Positions 27,235-37,409 are shown, counted from the stretch's first letter. The stretch is 64,000 nt of DNA from Trueperaceae bacterium (GCA_965213925.1 OZ243927.1:1472001-1536000); one strand, 5' to 3'. Made by a program: numbers and translations. Notes: a model not told the origin generated them from the letters alone.

Positions 27235-27777
27235 ATGGATAACTCGAGAGACAATACGAGCACCATACCTAAGGGCAGCGCCCAAACGGAGCACGAGGAC
27301 CCGAGCGCGCAAGAGGCGGCGCAAGACGTTGCCAAAGACGCTCAGGCTAGGGCGCGCGAGGTCGGACGCGCCGTCTCTGAGCAGACCAAAGAGGCGGCTA
27401 AAGAGCTGCGCCAGAGCGCGGAGGCGTCTTTTTCGGACAGCAAGGGGCAACTCGCGCAGCAGATCGCGGGGCTCGCCAAAGCCTTTCGGAGCGGCGGCGA
27501 CACCTTGCGCGACGAGGAGCTAGGTGACTTCGCCCGCTTGAGCGACGGGGCGGCGGAGCGGCTCGAGGACCTCAGCGACCAACTGAACCGCAACACGGAC
27601 GACCTCTTGAGTGACCTGCAGGACGTCGCGCAGGAGCGCCCGGTGCTCTTCGTGGGCGGACTGCTCACCATCGGCGTCCTCTCGGCGCGGTTCTTGAGGA
27701 GTTCGCAGGGCTCATCCGGTTATGACGACTACGACGCCGACTTTAACTACCAGAGTTATGAGCGGGGGGACGAGTGA
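27235..27777 (+). CDS. helical general-stress-type protein with C-terminal TM
   Basis: A/E/Q-rich helix followed by ERPVLFVGGLLTIGVLSARFLRSS. Confidence 0.75.
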   Translation: MDNSRDNTSTIPKGSAQTEHEDPSAQEAAQDVAKDAQARAREVGRAVSEQTKEAAKELRQSAEASFSDSKGQLAQQIAGLAKAFRSGGDTLRDEELGDFARLSDGAAERLEDLSDQLNRNTDDLLSDLQDVAQERPVLFVGGLLTIGVLSARFLRSSQGSSGYDDYDADFNYQSYERGDE

Positions 27778-28607
27778 GCGACACGAGAGACAGAAATTTA
27801 GAGAATAAGAGCCCGGACGAGTTGGAGCACGACATCGAAGAAACGCGGGCGCGCATCAGGGGCGAGATGGGCGCGCTGGGCTACAAGCTCGGCCCCGAAG
27901 GGCTACGCGACAGCGCCGGAGACGCCCTGGACGACACGCAAAAAACCGTCATCAGCGTCACGGAGCAGCTTAAAAAGGGCGTCGTCGAAAGCTCGGACAG
28001 CATCGGCGGCAGATTATCGGCGTTCATCAAACAGAATCCGGTGCCCGCGACGCTTTTCGGCGTCGGGCTGGCTTGGCTGCTCAAACAAGGACAGGAGAGC
28101 AGGGGTCACAGGGGTAGTAATACCCTCCGAAGAGGCGGCAGCAGAGGAGGCACCACGGAGAGGGTTAGTCGTGGGCGTAGCAGAAGCCAATCGCGCGCCG
28201 AAGGAGGAGACAGCAGTCGTAACGTGAACCGCTCGCGCTCCGCAGCAGCTAGCGACGATACGGACGATACCATCGTCGCCAATACGCCTGGCGGGAGCAG
28301 TTCCGGGCGCAGTGTAGGAAGCTACGAGCGCACGAACGCGAAAGCGGGCGCTGCGCCCCGTGACGAGGACGAAGCCTTCCGCTCGCATTACGAATCGAAC
28401 GTCAGCGCAAACGGTGACTTTGAAGATTACGAGCCCGCCTACCGCTACGGCTTCGACTTAGCGTCCGAGAGCGAATTTCAGGGTAAGCCCTGGCACGACG
28501 CCAGAGGCGACATCAAGCGCCGCTGGGACGAAGAGCGCAACGAGCCCTGGTATAAGTTTGACGAGGCCGTCGAGCACGGTTACACCACCGCGCAGTCACG
28601 CCGCTGA
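27774..28607 (+). CDS. DUF3618-like protein
   Basis: SPDELEHDIEETRA; NPVPATLFGVGLAW TM; C-terminal YEPAYRYG...W domain. Confidence 0.75.
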   Translation: MSDTRDRNLENKSPDELEHDIEETRARIRGEMGALGYKLGPEGLRDSAGDALDDTQKTVISVTEQLKKGVVESSDSIGGRLSAFIKQNPVPATLFGVGLAWLLKQGQESRGHRGSNTLRRGGSRGGTTERVSRGRSRSQSRAEGGDSSRNVNRSRSAAASDDTDDTIVANTPGGSSSGRSVGSYERTNAKAGAAPRDEDEAFRSHYESNVSANGDFEDYEPAYRYGFDLASESEFQGKPWHDARGDIKRRWDEERNEPWYKFDEAVEHGYTTAQSRR

Positions 28608-28677
28608 GCTTTAGAATACTTGCAGGCATACGAAGTTACTAAGATTGTATCACGCAGATTTCAGCGCAAAGCGCCGT

Positions 28678-28819
28678 CCCGCTAAGCTTTGCTTGAGAAC
28701 GAAACTTCATCTCTGATGCGTGCTCATCAATGTTTCTCTTAGTGAGAGCGTTGCTGCGCCCAGCGGGAACGGGACCACGCGACTAAACTTCGTTAATTAC
28801 GACCAGATGATACCTGCTA
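28678..28819 (+). repeat. repeat family C, long rearranged copy
   Basis: CCCGCTAAGCTTTGCTTGAGAA resembles 49110-49131; TCATCT...GCGTGCT...TGTTTCTCTTAGTGAG core; ends ACCAGATGATACCTGCTA, identical to the reverse complement of 5762-5779. Confidence 0.7.
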
Positions 28820-28831
28820 TAGGAGGCAGCC

Positions 28832-29245
28832 GTGGCTGACGCAAACCCCAAAAAGGAGCAGAGTTTAGGCGCGCTTTTCGCCGACCTCTCCGACAAGACA
28901 ACCTTACTCATCCGCCAGGAAATTGATCTCGCCAAACAGGAGATGACTGAAAAGATCAAACGCGCGGCGATGGACGTCGTCTCCTTTCTCATCGGCGCGT
29001 TCGTCGCCTACATCGGGCTTTTAGCCCTCATCGCCGCCGCCGCTATCGCCCTCGCGCTGGTCTTACCCGACTGGGTCGCGACACTCATCGTCGGTCTCGT
29101 CGTGATCGCGATAGGCGGTATTATGATAATGGTGGGCGTCAACAGCCTTAAAGACATCAGCCTTAAACCGGAGCGAACGATCAACACCCTGAAAGACACA
29201 CAGACGCTTGCAGATGACGCGAAAGCCGCGAAGGAGCAGTCATGA
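28832..29245 (+). CDS. phage-holin-family (YqjE-like) membrane protein
   Basis: SLGALF...LIRQEIDLAKQE, two TMs, PERTINTLK; AGGAGG RBS. Confidence 0.8.
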   Translation: MADANPKKEQSLGALFADLSDKTTLLIRQEIDLAKQEMTEKIKRAAMDVVSFLIGAFVAYIGLLALIAAAAIALALVLPDWVATLIVGLVVIAIGGIMIMVGVNSLKDISLKPERTINTLKDTQTLADDAKAAKEQS

Positions 29246-30114
29246 GCGATAAGAATAAAAACAAAAAATCCCCGCTAGTCACAGGCAACAACCGAAAGTC
29301 CGCCGATTCCTTAGCGAACGACGACAGCACCTTAGAGACCGGGTCCAACTTGCCTCAAGAAAGCGACCCGACCACTGCGCCCATCATCACGGGTCAAGAC
29401 ATAAACGAACCCGTTGACCCGAACCCCACCTCGCTCGGCGAGACGCGCTCACCGACCGAGCGCTCGCTGCAGACCGAGGACAAGCTGAGAGACTCTTACG
29501 GGCGTCCGATCGGTAGCACGGACGTAGGCAGTAGTGCAGGGAGCCCAGGCTATCCCCGCCCGTCGGACCGCACAGCGGATATAGGCACCCCCAACACGGG
29601 GAGCAGCTTCGGCAGTCAGGGTCAGTCCAGCAGCCAGTCGGGACAAGACACGACCGAGCAAGCCAAGCGCGAAGCCCAGCAGCGCACCGAGCAAGCGAAG
29701 CAGAAAACGCAGGAGGCGCGGCGCGAGGCGGAGCAGGGGGCGCAGCAGGCGAAGCGCGAAGCGCAGCAACGCGCCAAGCAAGCCAAGCGCGGCTTTTCCA
29801 AGATGATGGACGAGCAACCCCTTGTCGTCGGTTTAGTTGCGGCTCTAGTCGGTATCCTTGTCGGGCTCGCCTTCCCCAGCACCCGCCGCGAAAACGAGAT
29901 GATGGGCGAAGTCAGCGACGGCGCCATCCAACGCGCTAAAGAGGTCGCGCAAAGAACCCTCGAGACCGCCAAAGAGACAGTGAAAGAGGAAGCGCGGAGC
30001 CAGGGCCTAACGCCTGAGAGCCTCAAGCAAGAGGCGCAGGATGTGGCGCAGAAGACGGCGGAAGAGGCGCAGGAGACCGCCAAAGAAGAGGCGCAGAAGA
30101 AGTCGAACAACTAA
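29242..30114 (+). CDS. LEA-like/general stress protein with central TM
   Basis: Disordered N-terminus; 11-residue EQAKREAQQR-type repeats; EQPLVVG...FPSTRRENEMMGE. Confidence 0.75.
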   Translation: MSDKNKNKKSPLVTGNNRKSADSLANDDSTLETGSNLPQESDPTTAPIITGQDINEPVDPNPTSLGETRSPTERSLQTEDKLRDSYGRPIGSTDVGSSAGSPGYPRPSDRTADIGTPNTGSSFGSQGQSSSQSGQDTTEQAKREAQQRTEQAKQKTQEARREAEQGAQQAKREAQQRAKQAKRGFSKMMDEQPLVVGLVAALVGILVGLAFPSTRRENEMMGEVSDGAIQRAKEVAQRTLETAKETVKEEARSQGLTPESLKQEAQDVAQKTAEEAQETAKEEAQKKSNN

Positions 30115-30135
30115 AAGTCTCTTGCTGTTTTGTCT

Positions 30136-30162
30136 AGGCTCCTCGAGAGGGGAGCCTTTTTT
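30136..30162 (+). terminator. intrinsic terminator
   Basis: AGGCTCCTC-GAGA-GGGGAGCCT followed by a T run. Confidence 0.8.
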
Positions 30163-30177
30163 GTTGAATGCGAACGT

Positions 30178-30737
30178 TTACGATTGCTCAAATCTGTAAA
30201 GGAACCAATTAGGAGCAAGACGCAGATATTTTCCTTCGGTTGCTTTGAGCCCTTCTGTGACCTTGTTAGGACTAGGTGTCCACAGGTAGCCAAAAAACTC
30301 GGTGTCAATCATATGAGCTTTCGTGCCCACGATAAGGATTACTTCAGATAAATCGTCACCTCTTACTGACACTCTTAGAACTTTAGCGTGGCGCATAGCC
30401 TCAAACAGCGGTTCATACGCTTCACCTTCTGGATGCTGAGACACACTGTATCTACCTTGCAAAGCTTGCCTCGCATAGGTTACATCCGCGGCTAATATCT
30501 CTTTGACGACTGCCTCGAGCGCGGCTCCATTGGACTGGAAACGACTGCCTCGAGCGCGGCTCCATTGGACTGGAAATGGCTTCTCAAGCGAGCTTCATCG
30601 TGGATTCCAGGGGAGGAGCCACCGAATAGAAGTAGCAAGAAGCCTAGAAAGATAGAAGCTACTACCCCTAACGAAAGAGCCACCGAGCCCACCACTACGA
30701 GTAAGTTGCGAAGCACTGGATTCATTGTGCGGAGCAT
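30178..30737 (-). pseudogene. membrane-anchored hypothetical protein frameshifted by a 35-bp tandem duplication
   Basis: Deleting one repeat unit gives a 525-nt open frame (174 aa: ...LEAVVKEILAADVTYARQALQGRY...). Confidence 0.8.
30506..30575. repeat. perfect 35-bp tandem duplication
   Basis: ACGACTGCCTCGAGCGCGGCTCCATTGGACTGGAA at 30506-30540 and 30541-30575. Confidence 0.95.
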
Positions 30738-30800
30738 ATCTAAAGTATAGCTAATGTTCCAGTCAAGCCTTCAGTAATTATCACGCCTTACTAATCCCTC

Positions 30801-31709
30801 TCAAAACACCACCGTCTTATTCCCAAACACCAACACCCTATCCTCCAAATGCGCCGCCACCGCCCGCGCCAACACCGTGCGCTCAATTTCACGCCCAACC
30901 CTCACGAGGTCTTTGGCTGATTCTTTATGCGATACCCGCGCCACATCCTGCTCGATAATCGGACCTTCGTCCAAATCATCGGTGACGTAGTGCGCGGTCG
31001 CGCCGATGAGCTTCACGCCGCGCTGATAGGCGTGTTTGTAGGGATTCGCGCCGACGAAGGCGGGCAAAAAGGAGTGGTGGATGTTGAGGATACGCTGAGG
31101 GTAGTGCGCGACGAACTCGCTTGAAAGAATCTGCATGTAGCGGGCGAGAACGATGAAGTCCACCTTGCCATCCAAAAGCGCCAACACCTGCGCCTCTTGC
31201 TCGGCTTTGGTCTCCTTTGTGACCGGTAAGTGATGAAAGGTCAAGCCGAAGGATTCGACGGTTTCACGTAAGTCGTCGTGGTTGGAAACGACAAAAGGTA
31301 TCTCCACATCAAATTCGCCGCTGCGGACGCGCCAGAGGAGTTCTAAGAGGCAGTGGTCGTATTTGGAGACCATCACTACCATGCGTTTTGTCTGGTCGGC
31401 GTAGGATATGCGCCAGTCCATCGTAAAAGGTTTGGCGACAACCTCGGCGAAGGCGCGCTCAAATTGTGGGCGCGTCACATCTAAGTCTTCTAGGTAAAAG
31501 ACCATGCGCATGAAGAACTCGCCGCCGGTAGGGTCGGTGGAGTGTTGGGCGGCGTCTAAGACGTTCGCGCCGTGCGCGTAGAGAAACTGCGAGACGGCGG
31601 CCACAATGCCGGGGCGGTCCGGGCAGGAGATGAGGAGTTTGGCGGTTTGACCCTTAGAAGTAGGGGGTTGAGGGGAGTGAACGCTAAGCGAGGGGTTGGC
31701 TGAGGACAT
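30801..31709 (-). CDS. purU: formyltetrahydrofolate deformylase
   Basis: ACT domain [37 protein letters not shown] and GNKTVVF motifs. Confidence 0.95.
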   Translation of the reverse strand: MSSANPSLSVHSPQPPTSKGQTAKLLISCPDRPGIVAAVSQFLYAHGANVLDAAQHSTDPTGGEFFMRMVFYLEDLDVTRPQFERAFAEVVAKPFTMDWRISYADQTKRMVVMVSKYDHCLLELLWRVRSGEFDVEIPFVVSNHDDLRETVESFGLTFHHLPVTKETKAEQEAQVLALLDGKVDFIVLARYMQILSSEFVAHYPQRILNIHHSFLPAFVGANPYKHAYQRGVKLIGATAHYVTDDLDEGPIIEQDVARVSHKESAKDLVRVGREIERTVLARAVAAHLEDRVLVFGNKTVVF

Positions 31710-31788
31710 AGTCAAACTCTATCAGGTGAGCTTGCGGCGGGAGGGTAATATGTGCGTTGACGCCGCCGAAACGCCTTGTTGTGCGGGT

Positions 31789-34107
31789 TTAGGGGCTCGA
31801 GCCCAGCACCGAACGTCCCAAATACGTTTTGAACGCCGCCGCCGAGACCGAACGCGCCAGATAGTACCCTTGCGCATGGGGACAGTTCTGTTGGGTCAAA
31901 AAGTCGAGCTGCGCTTTGGTTTCTACCCCTTCGGCGGTGATGTTAAGCCCTAGCGCGTCCGCCATAAAGAGGATGGTTTCAACGATAGCGACGTCGCCCG
32001 CATCGCCGGGCACGCCCCGGAGGAAGGAGCGGTCGATTTTAAGCGTTTGGATCGGCAGATTTTTGAGGTACGAGAGCGACGAGTAGCCCGTTCCGAAGTC
32101 GTCAACCGAGACCTCTACGCCGCGCTCGTTGAGCTGGCGCAGCAGCGCAACCGTATCCTCGAGGGGTTCTAAAAAGAGGTTTTCTGTGACCTCTAAGCAC
32201 ACGTGTTTGGGTGCTAGCGCGCTCTTTTCTAAAACCTCGTCTAGCGTGTTCGTCAAATTCGCACCTATCTGCGCAGCCGAAATGTTGACGGCGATGGTGA
32301 GCGGATGTCCCTCGTCGTGCCACGTTTTCGCCTGCTTAAAGGCGGTGTGCATGAGCCAGCGGCTCAGGGGCTCGATAAGCCCGGTCTCTTCGGCGAGCGG
32401 GATAAAGGTCGCAGGCGGAATCATGCCGTGTTCGGGATGAGGCCAGCGCAAGAGCGCCTCCGCTTTGACGATTTGACCCGTCTTTAAGGACCAGATGGGC
32501 TGATAATGCACCACAAACTCCCTATATTCCAAAGCGCGGCGCAGGTCGTTTTCCAGTTCTAAGCGCTCGACCGCCTGCGCGTACATGGTCTTTTCGAACA
32601 CCGCGGTGTGCGCCTTGCCGTGTTTTTTTGCCTGGTGCAGCGCAGTGTGGACGCGGCGCAGCATCTCGGTCGGCGCGGGTTTTTCTTCATTACCACTGCG
32701 GATAAGATCACCGACTAACGCAACGCCGATCCCTACGCTTAGCCGCTGCTCGCGCCCCTGTATGTAAAAGGGTTGCGCGAACGCCTCGCGTATCCCTCCG
32801 CTCACCCGCATGGCGTCTCTCTGAGCGTCTACACAGGTAAGCAAGACGAATTCATCGCCGCTCAGGTGCGCTAAGGTGTCCTCTGACGGTAGTCCTCCTT
32901 TGAGGCGCTCCGCTACTGAGCGCAGAAGTTCGTCGCCGAAGTCGTGTCCTAAACTGTCGTTGATGTTTTGAAAGTTGTCGAGGTTGAGCATGAACAAAGC
33001 TTGATCGTCTCTCGCCTCCTCTAACTGCTCCAAGAGGTACTCGCGGTTGGGAAGCCCCGTCAAGGGGTCGTGGCGGGTGCGGTAACGAAGCTTCGTTTCG
33101 GTCTCTTGCCGCGCCGACGTGACTGCGCCTAAGACCAAACTGACGAGCGTTAGCGTCATAAGACCGAACTGCAAAGCTAGACCGCCGCTTTCACCAAATG
33201 AAGGTCCGACGACCGCCGCAATAAAGATATTTGCTAGCAGCACCGCGAACGCGACCACTTCAAAGCCGTACCACACCGCCACAGCGATAAGCGGCACGAA
33301 GGCGAAGTAGTCGCGGTTGAGGTTGAGCCCGCGCTGACCCCGGTACGCGAGCACGACCCCGAGTACTATAAAGGCGAACAGCATACCCCCCAGCCACCAT
33401 TCACGGCGCGTGGGTAGACGCAATTCAACGTTGGATTGAGGCGAGTCGTCCGTCCACAACCACGGGGTTAGCCGCAAGGAGATAAGGAGGGGCGGCGCGA
33501 GTAAACCTATACCTGTGGCGTCACCCGCCCAGAACTGCATCGTCCTGAGCAACCACTCCCGCCACACTTCTACGCCCGCCAGCGCCAGCGTCGTCACGCT
33601 GAAAGCGGCGATAACGAGCGGAAAGAGCGTACTCGAGAAGAGGAACCAGCTTACGTCACGCAGGGTGTAGAGGCGCGGGTTGACCGCCAATTTTCTAAGA
33701 AAGAGGACCAAAGCGCCGTAGCCTAGTGCTTGGGTGAGGGCGTAGAGCACGGTAAGCGCATAGGTGGCTACAAGAGGCAGCTCAGACTGGGAGACGAGCG
33801 AAACTTTGGTGATTAAAACGGTGAGGGCGACAGCGGGCAGGTAGCGCAACCCGAACACCCATAAGAGCACGACGTTCAAGGCCGCTGCCGGGAACCAAAC
33901 CGCCACTTCTGCAGCAGGAATAAAGGCGGCAGAAGCCCAGTCGAGAAGAAGGTAACTAAAGGCGTAGACGAGCACGGTAACGGCGGCGCGCGCCCACGCG
34001 GGTAGCGCGAGCCAGCGGCGCTCTGCCCGGCTTTGCGTTCCTTCATTTTGTGGTCGATGTGTTTGAGTCGTCTGATTCACGTCGCTATCCTCGTATAAAC
34101 TCTGCAT
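31789..34107 (-). CDS. MASE1-GGDEF(degenerate)-EAL protein
   Basis: Multi-TM N-terminus (WFPAAA, WAGDATG); SGDEF; EALLR; DDFGTGYSS. Start uncertain. Confidence 0.88.
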   Translation of the reverse strand: MQSLYEDSDVNQTTQTHRPQNEGTQSRAERRWLALPAWARAAVTVLVYAFSYLLLDWASAAFIPAAEVAVWFPAAALNVVLLWVFGLRYLPAVALTVLITKVSLVSQSELPLVATYALTVLYALTQALGYGALVLFLRKLAVNPRLYTLRDVSWFLFSSTLFPLVIAAFSVTTLALAGVEVWREWLLRTMQFWAGDATGIGLLAPPLLISLRLTPWLWTDDSPQSNVELRLPTRREWWLGGMLFAFIVLGVVLAYRGQRGLNLNRDYFAFVPLIAVAVWYGFEVVAFAVLLANIFIAAVVGPSFGESGGLALQFGLMTLTLVSLVLGAVTSARQETETKLRYRTRHDPLTGLPNREYLLEQLEEARDDQALFMLNLDNFQNINDSLGHDFGDELLRSVAERLKGGLPSEDTLAHLSGDEFVLLTCVDAQRDAMRVSGGIREAFAQPFYIQGREQRLSVGIGVALVGDLIRSGNEEKPAPTEMLRRVHTALHQAKKHGKAHTAVFEKTMYAQAVERLELENDLRRALEYREFVVHYQPIWSLKTGQIVKAEALLRWPHPEHGMIPPATFIPLAEETGLIEPLSRWLMHTAFKQAKTWHDEGHPLTIAVNISAAQIGANLTNTLDEVLEKSALAPKHVCLEVTENLFLEPLEDTVALLRQLNERGVEVSVDDFGTGYSSLSYLKNLPIQTLKIDRSFLRGVPGDAGDVAIVETILFMADALGLNITAEGVETKAQLDFLTQQNCPHAQGYYLARSVSAAAFKTYLGRSVLGSSP

Positions 34108-34208
34108 AAATCTGCCGCACCTCAACCATACCCTAAAGTTGCGCCACACCGAACCGATATTTCAAGTTAAAGCTAGCATTCTTAGCCACAAACGGGTACG
34201 CTCAGACT

Positions 34209-35087
34209 ATGTCTTTCACACTCCGAGGCGTCATTCCACCTGTCCCTACACCTTTTACTGAATCGGGTGAGCTTGACGTGTCCGCGTTGCAGAATCTAAT
34301 AGCGGCGCTCGAGCCGCGTGTAGACGGCTTTCTCATCTTAGGCAGCAACGGCGAAGCGGTCTTTTTAAGCGAAGCGGAGCGCCGCACGGTATTAGAGGCG
34401 GCGAGAGAGGTCATTCCCAAAAATAAACCGATGATCGCGGGCACGGGTGGCGAAACGACGCGGCTCGTACAGAAACGTAACGAAGTCGCGGCAGAGGTTG
34501 GCGCGGACTACGTGCTCGTTTTAGCGCCGCACTACTACAAGGGCAACATGAGCGAACAGGTCTTACAAACGCACTTCGAGCGCGTGGCGAACGAGAGCCC
34601 GCTGCCGCTTATGCTCTACAACATCCCCGCCGCCACGACGCTCAGTTTGCCGCCTAGCCTCATCGCTACGCTCGCCAAACACGAAACCATCATCGGCTTA
34701 AAGGATTCCTCGGGCAACGTCGGCGCGCTCACCGAGATCATGCGGCTCGTCCCTGAAAACTTTGTGGTTTTTACGGGCAACGCGCCCACCCTCTTAGCGG
34801 CGCTGTCGCTCGGGGCAAGGGGCGGCATCTTGGCAGTGGCGAACGTCGCGGCGGAGGAATACGGGCAGATAGTAGCGCACTTTGGAAGAGGTGAAATAGA
34901 GCAGGCTCGAGCCCTACAACTCAACATGAACCCACTCGCTTTAGCCGTGACCTCTCGCTACGGCGTACCGGGGCTTAAAGCGGTCTTGAGGATGCAAGGA
35001 CATGAGGCGGGCTATCCGAGGGCACCCCTTTTGGATGTGAGCGAAGAGGTTGTGAGGGAGCTTGAAGGGTTGGTCTCGAGCCGTTGA
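34209..35087 (+). CDS. dihydrodipicolinate synthase family aldolase
   Basis: TPF, GSNGE, LYNIP and GLKDSSG motifs. Confidence 0.9.
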   Translation: MSFTLRGVIPPVPTPFTESGELDVSALQNLIAALEPRVDGFLILGSNGEAVFLSEAERRTVLEAAREVIPKNKPMIAGTGGETTRLVQKRNEVAAEVGADYVLVLAPHYYKGNMSEQVLQTHFERVANESPLPLMLYNIPAATTLSLPPSLIATLAKHETIIGLKDSSGNVGALTEIMRLVPENFVVFTGNAPTLLAALSLGARGGILAVANVAAEEYGQIVAHFGRGEIEQARALQLNMNPLALAVTSRYGVPGLKAVLRMQGHEAGYPRAPLLDVSEEVVRELEGLVSSR

Positions 35088-35098
35088 GAGCCTACTTC

Positions 35099-35192
35099 GT
35101 AGGGGGATTCATGAATCCCCCCTACGAAGCAGCGCTGTATTCGAATTGATGTGAGACGGCGCTGTAGGGGCAGGGTTCAACCCTGCCCCTAC
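35099..35192. repeat. pair of GTAG-type REP palindromes (family B)
   Basis: GTAGGGGGATTCATGAATCCCCCCTAC (35099-35125) and GTAGGGGCAGGGTTCAACCCTGCCCCTAC (35164-35192). Confidence 0.85.
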
Positions 35193-35342
35193 GCCGTTCG
35201 CACGGGTGGACGAATGCGTAACGGCGCGCGAAAAAATTTCGTATCCTCACGCTCCTTTTTCTCATAAGGTAGACTGCGCCATCAAATTCATGAGAGGAGT
35301 GTCTATCCGCTTCGGACGAACGTCTTTTGAGAGAGGAGCTTC

Positions 35343-37073
35343 ATGAGGTATTTCTACTTCGTTTTACTCGTTATTTTTATGGCAAGCGCCGCCGCGCAGA
35401 GCACCCAGACGGGCACGGGCGGCGCGGTCGCGACTGTAGACGAACTCGCTACGCAAGTCGGCATTCAAGTGTTAGAGGAGGGCGGCAACGCCGTAGACGC
35501 GGCGATTGCGGCAGCCGCGGTCATCAACGTCACGCAACCCTTTAGCGCGGGCATCGGCGGGGGCGGCTTCATGCTGGTGTATCTAGCCGAAGAGGACCGT
35601 GTGGTCACCATCGACTCCCGCGAGATGGCTCCTCTAGCGGCAACACCGGACATGTTCATCGATGAGGAGACGGGCGAGTCGATCCCCTTTCGCCCGGAGC
35701 GCATCTCGAGCGGTCTCTCTGTCGGCGTACCTGGCACGCTAGCGGGCTGGCAAGTCGCTCTGGAGCGCTACGGCACGATCAGTTTGGCGGAAGCCTTAGA
35801 ACCTGCCACCGAAATCGCCGAAGAGGGTTTCGAGGTCAACCAGGTCTTTCACGACCAGGTGGAGGGAAACTTAGAGAGGTTCGAGGCGTTCACCTCGACG
35901 AGCGACCTCTTTTTGGAGGACGGCGCACCGCCCGAGGTCGGCAGCACCTTTACGAACCCCGAACTCGCCGAGACCTTTCGTCTCATCGCTGAAGAGGGCA
36001 CGGACGTTTTTTACCGGGGCGAGCTGGGCGAAGACCTCGTCGCCGCCGTACAAAATCCGCCGACAGTGGATAGCCCCCCCTTCGAGGTGCGCCCGCAAGA
36101 GATGACGATGGCCGATTTGGACCTCTACGACGCCTTGGTGCGCGAACCCGTGAGCGCCGAGTATCGCGGCTACACGGTCTACGGCATGGCTCCGCCGACG
36201 AGCGGCGGTCTCACGATTGGACTTATTCTCAACCTCTTGGAATCGTCCGAGCTGAGTGACTTGCCCGAGGCGGAGGCGCTCCATAGGATGATAGAAGCGA
36301 GCCGTTTAGCCTACTCGGATCGGGGCGCTTACATGGGTGACGCGGACTTCGTGAATGTCCCGGTTGAAGGGCTCCTCTCCCAAGACTATGCGGATATGAG
36401 AAGTGGGGAAATCACGCTCGAGGCGGGCAGCGACCCCGCGCCGGGCAACCCGTTCGATTTCCAAAACGACCCGAGCCCCCCGCTCGGACCACCCGACGAA
36501 GCCGACACCGAAAGCGAGAGCACCACGCACCTCGTCACAGCGGACGAAGCGGGCAACGTGGTCAGTTTCACGACGACGATTGAACAGATCGGCGGCAGCG
36601 CCATCGTCGTGCCGGGGCGCGGCTTTTTACTCAACAACGAACTCACCGACTTCAGCAGCGACCCGGTGGGACCGAACGCGCCCGAACCTCTCAAGCGCCC
36701 GCGTTCGTCGATGTCGCCCACGATTGTGCTCGAGGACGGTAGCTTGCGCATGGCGCTCGGCACGCCAGGCGGCAGCACCATCATCACGACGGTGACGCAA
36801 ATTCTTCTCAACGTCATCGACTTCGAGATGAGCTTGCCCGAAGCCATCAACGCGCCGAGGCTGTCGCAGCGCAACGGCGACGACACGACCGTTGAGGAGA
36901 GCGTGCCCGAGGAGCTTCTGACCGAACTAGGGGTGTTCGGACACACCTTTAGTGAAACGGACGAGCTAGGCGCGGCGGTTGGACTCTACTTCACCGAAGA
37001 GGGCGCAATCGTTGCCGCTGCTGAAGCGGAGCGGCGGGGCGGGGGAACCGCGAGGGTTGTTTCTCCAGAGTAG
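35343..37073 (+). CDS. ggt: gamma-glutamyltransferase (secreted, acidic)
   Basis: Signal peptide; GGNAVDAA, GIGGGGF, STTH autoprocessing site, LNNELTDF, KRPRSSMSP and GTPGG. Confidence 0.95.
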   Translation: MRYFYFVLLVIFMASAAAQSTQTGTGGAVATVDELATQVGIQVLEEGGNAVDAAIAAAAVINVTQPFSAGIGGGGFMLVYLAEEDRVVTIDSREMAPLAATPDMFIDEETGESIPFRPERISSGLSVGVPGTLAGWQVALERYGTISLAEALEPATEIAEEGFEVNQVFHDQVEGNLERFEAFTSTSDLFLEDGAPPEVGSTFTNPELAETFRLIAEEGTDVFYRGELGEDLVAAVQNPPTVDSPPFEVRPQEMTMADLDLYDALVREPVSAEYRGYTVYGMAPPTSGGLTIGLILNLLESSELSDLPEAEALHRMIEASRLAYSDRGAYMGDADFVNVPVEGLLSQDYADMRSGEITLEAGSDPAPGNPFDFQNDPSPPLGPPDEADTESESTTHLVTADEAGNVVSFTTTIEQIGGSAIVVPGRGFLLNNELTDFSSDPVGPNAPEPLKRPRSSMSPTIVLEDGSLRMALGTPGGSTIITTVTQILLNVIDFEMSLPEAINAPRLSQRNGDDTTVEESVPEELLTELGVFGHTFSETDELGAAVGLYFTEEGAIVAAAEAERRGGGTARVVSPE

Positions 37074-37091
37074 AGAATTCGTTGATGTGGC

Positions 37092-37267
37092 GCAGGGGTA
37101 ATTCGTGAATTGCCCCTGCGAAACAGCGCTGCATTCGGTTACAAGTGGTGCGGCGCTGATGCGAGAGCAGGTTCTAAACTCATCCCTACGCCACCGCGAT
37201 TTCTACATTCTTTGATGGTGCTCTTTGATGGCGCTATCCCGTAGAGTGATTCGTGAATCACCTCTAC
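37092..37267. repeat. cluster of three GTAG-type REPs (family B), partly degenerate
   Basis: 37092-37119, 37161-37189 and 37241-37267; linker GAAACAGCGCTGCATTCG matches the 35126-35143 linker. Confidence 0.8.
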
Positions 37268-37409
37268 GCCGCCCACTCCCTCACCCGCATAGAACGCGCC
37301 GCTTTGCGAAAGTGCTCCGTTCACTACGGTGCGTCCGCTCTCCCTGACTTGTGAATTCTCGCACCAAGAGACGTCCGCAACCTCTTGGCGGTGCTAGACT
37401 AAACTCACT

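Noticed and set aside
28695..28720. Hammerhead ribozyme (CGAAAC...CTGATG; also CAGATGA...CGAAG at 49088-49154)
   Set aside because: The core nucleotides and stem spacing do not fit the CUGANGA/GAAA consensus.
28832..29245. Prophage (holin-family gene)
   Set aside because: No phage genes nearby; this family is commonly chromosomal in stress clusters.
30506..30575. CRISPR repeat
   Set aside because: The two 35-bp units are adjacent with no spacer and there are no cas genes.
35099..37267. REP clusters as a CRISPR array or integron attC sites
   Set aside because: The units are non-identical palindromes with conserved linkers, lack RYYYAAC/GTTRRRY ends, and no integrase is present.
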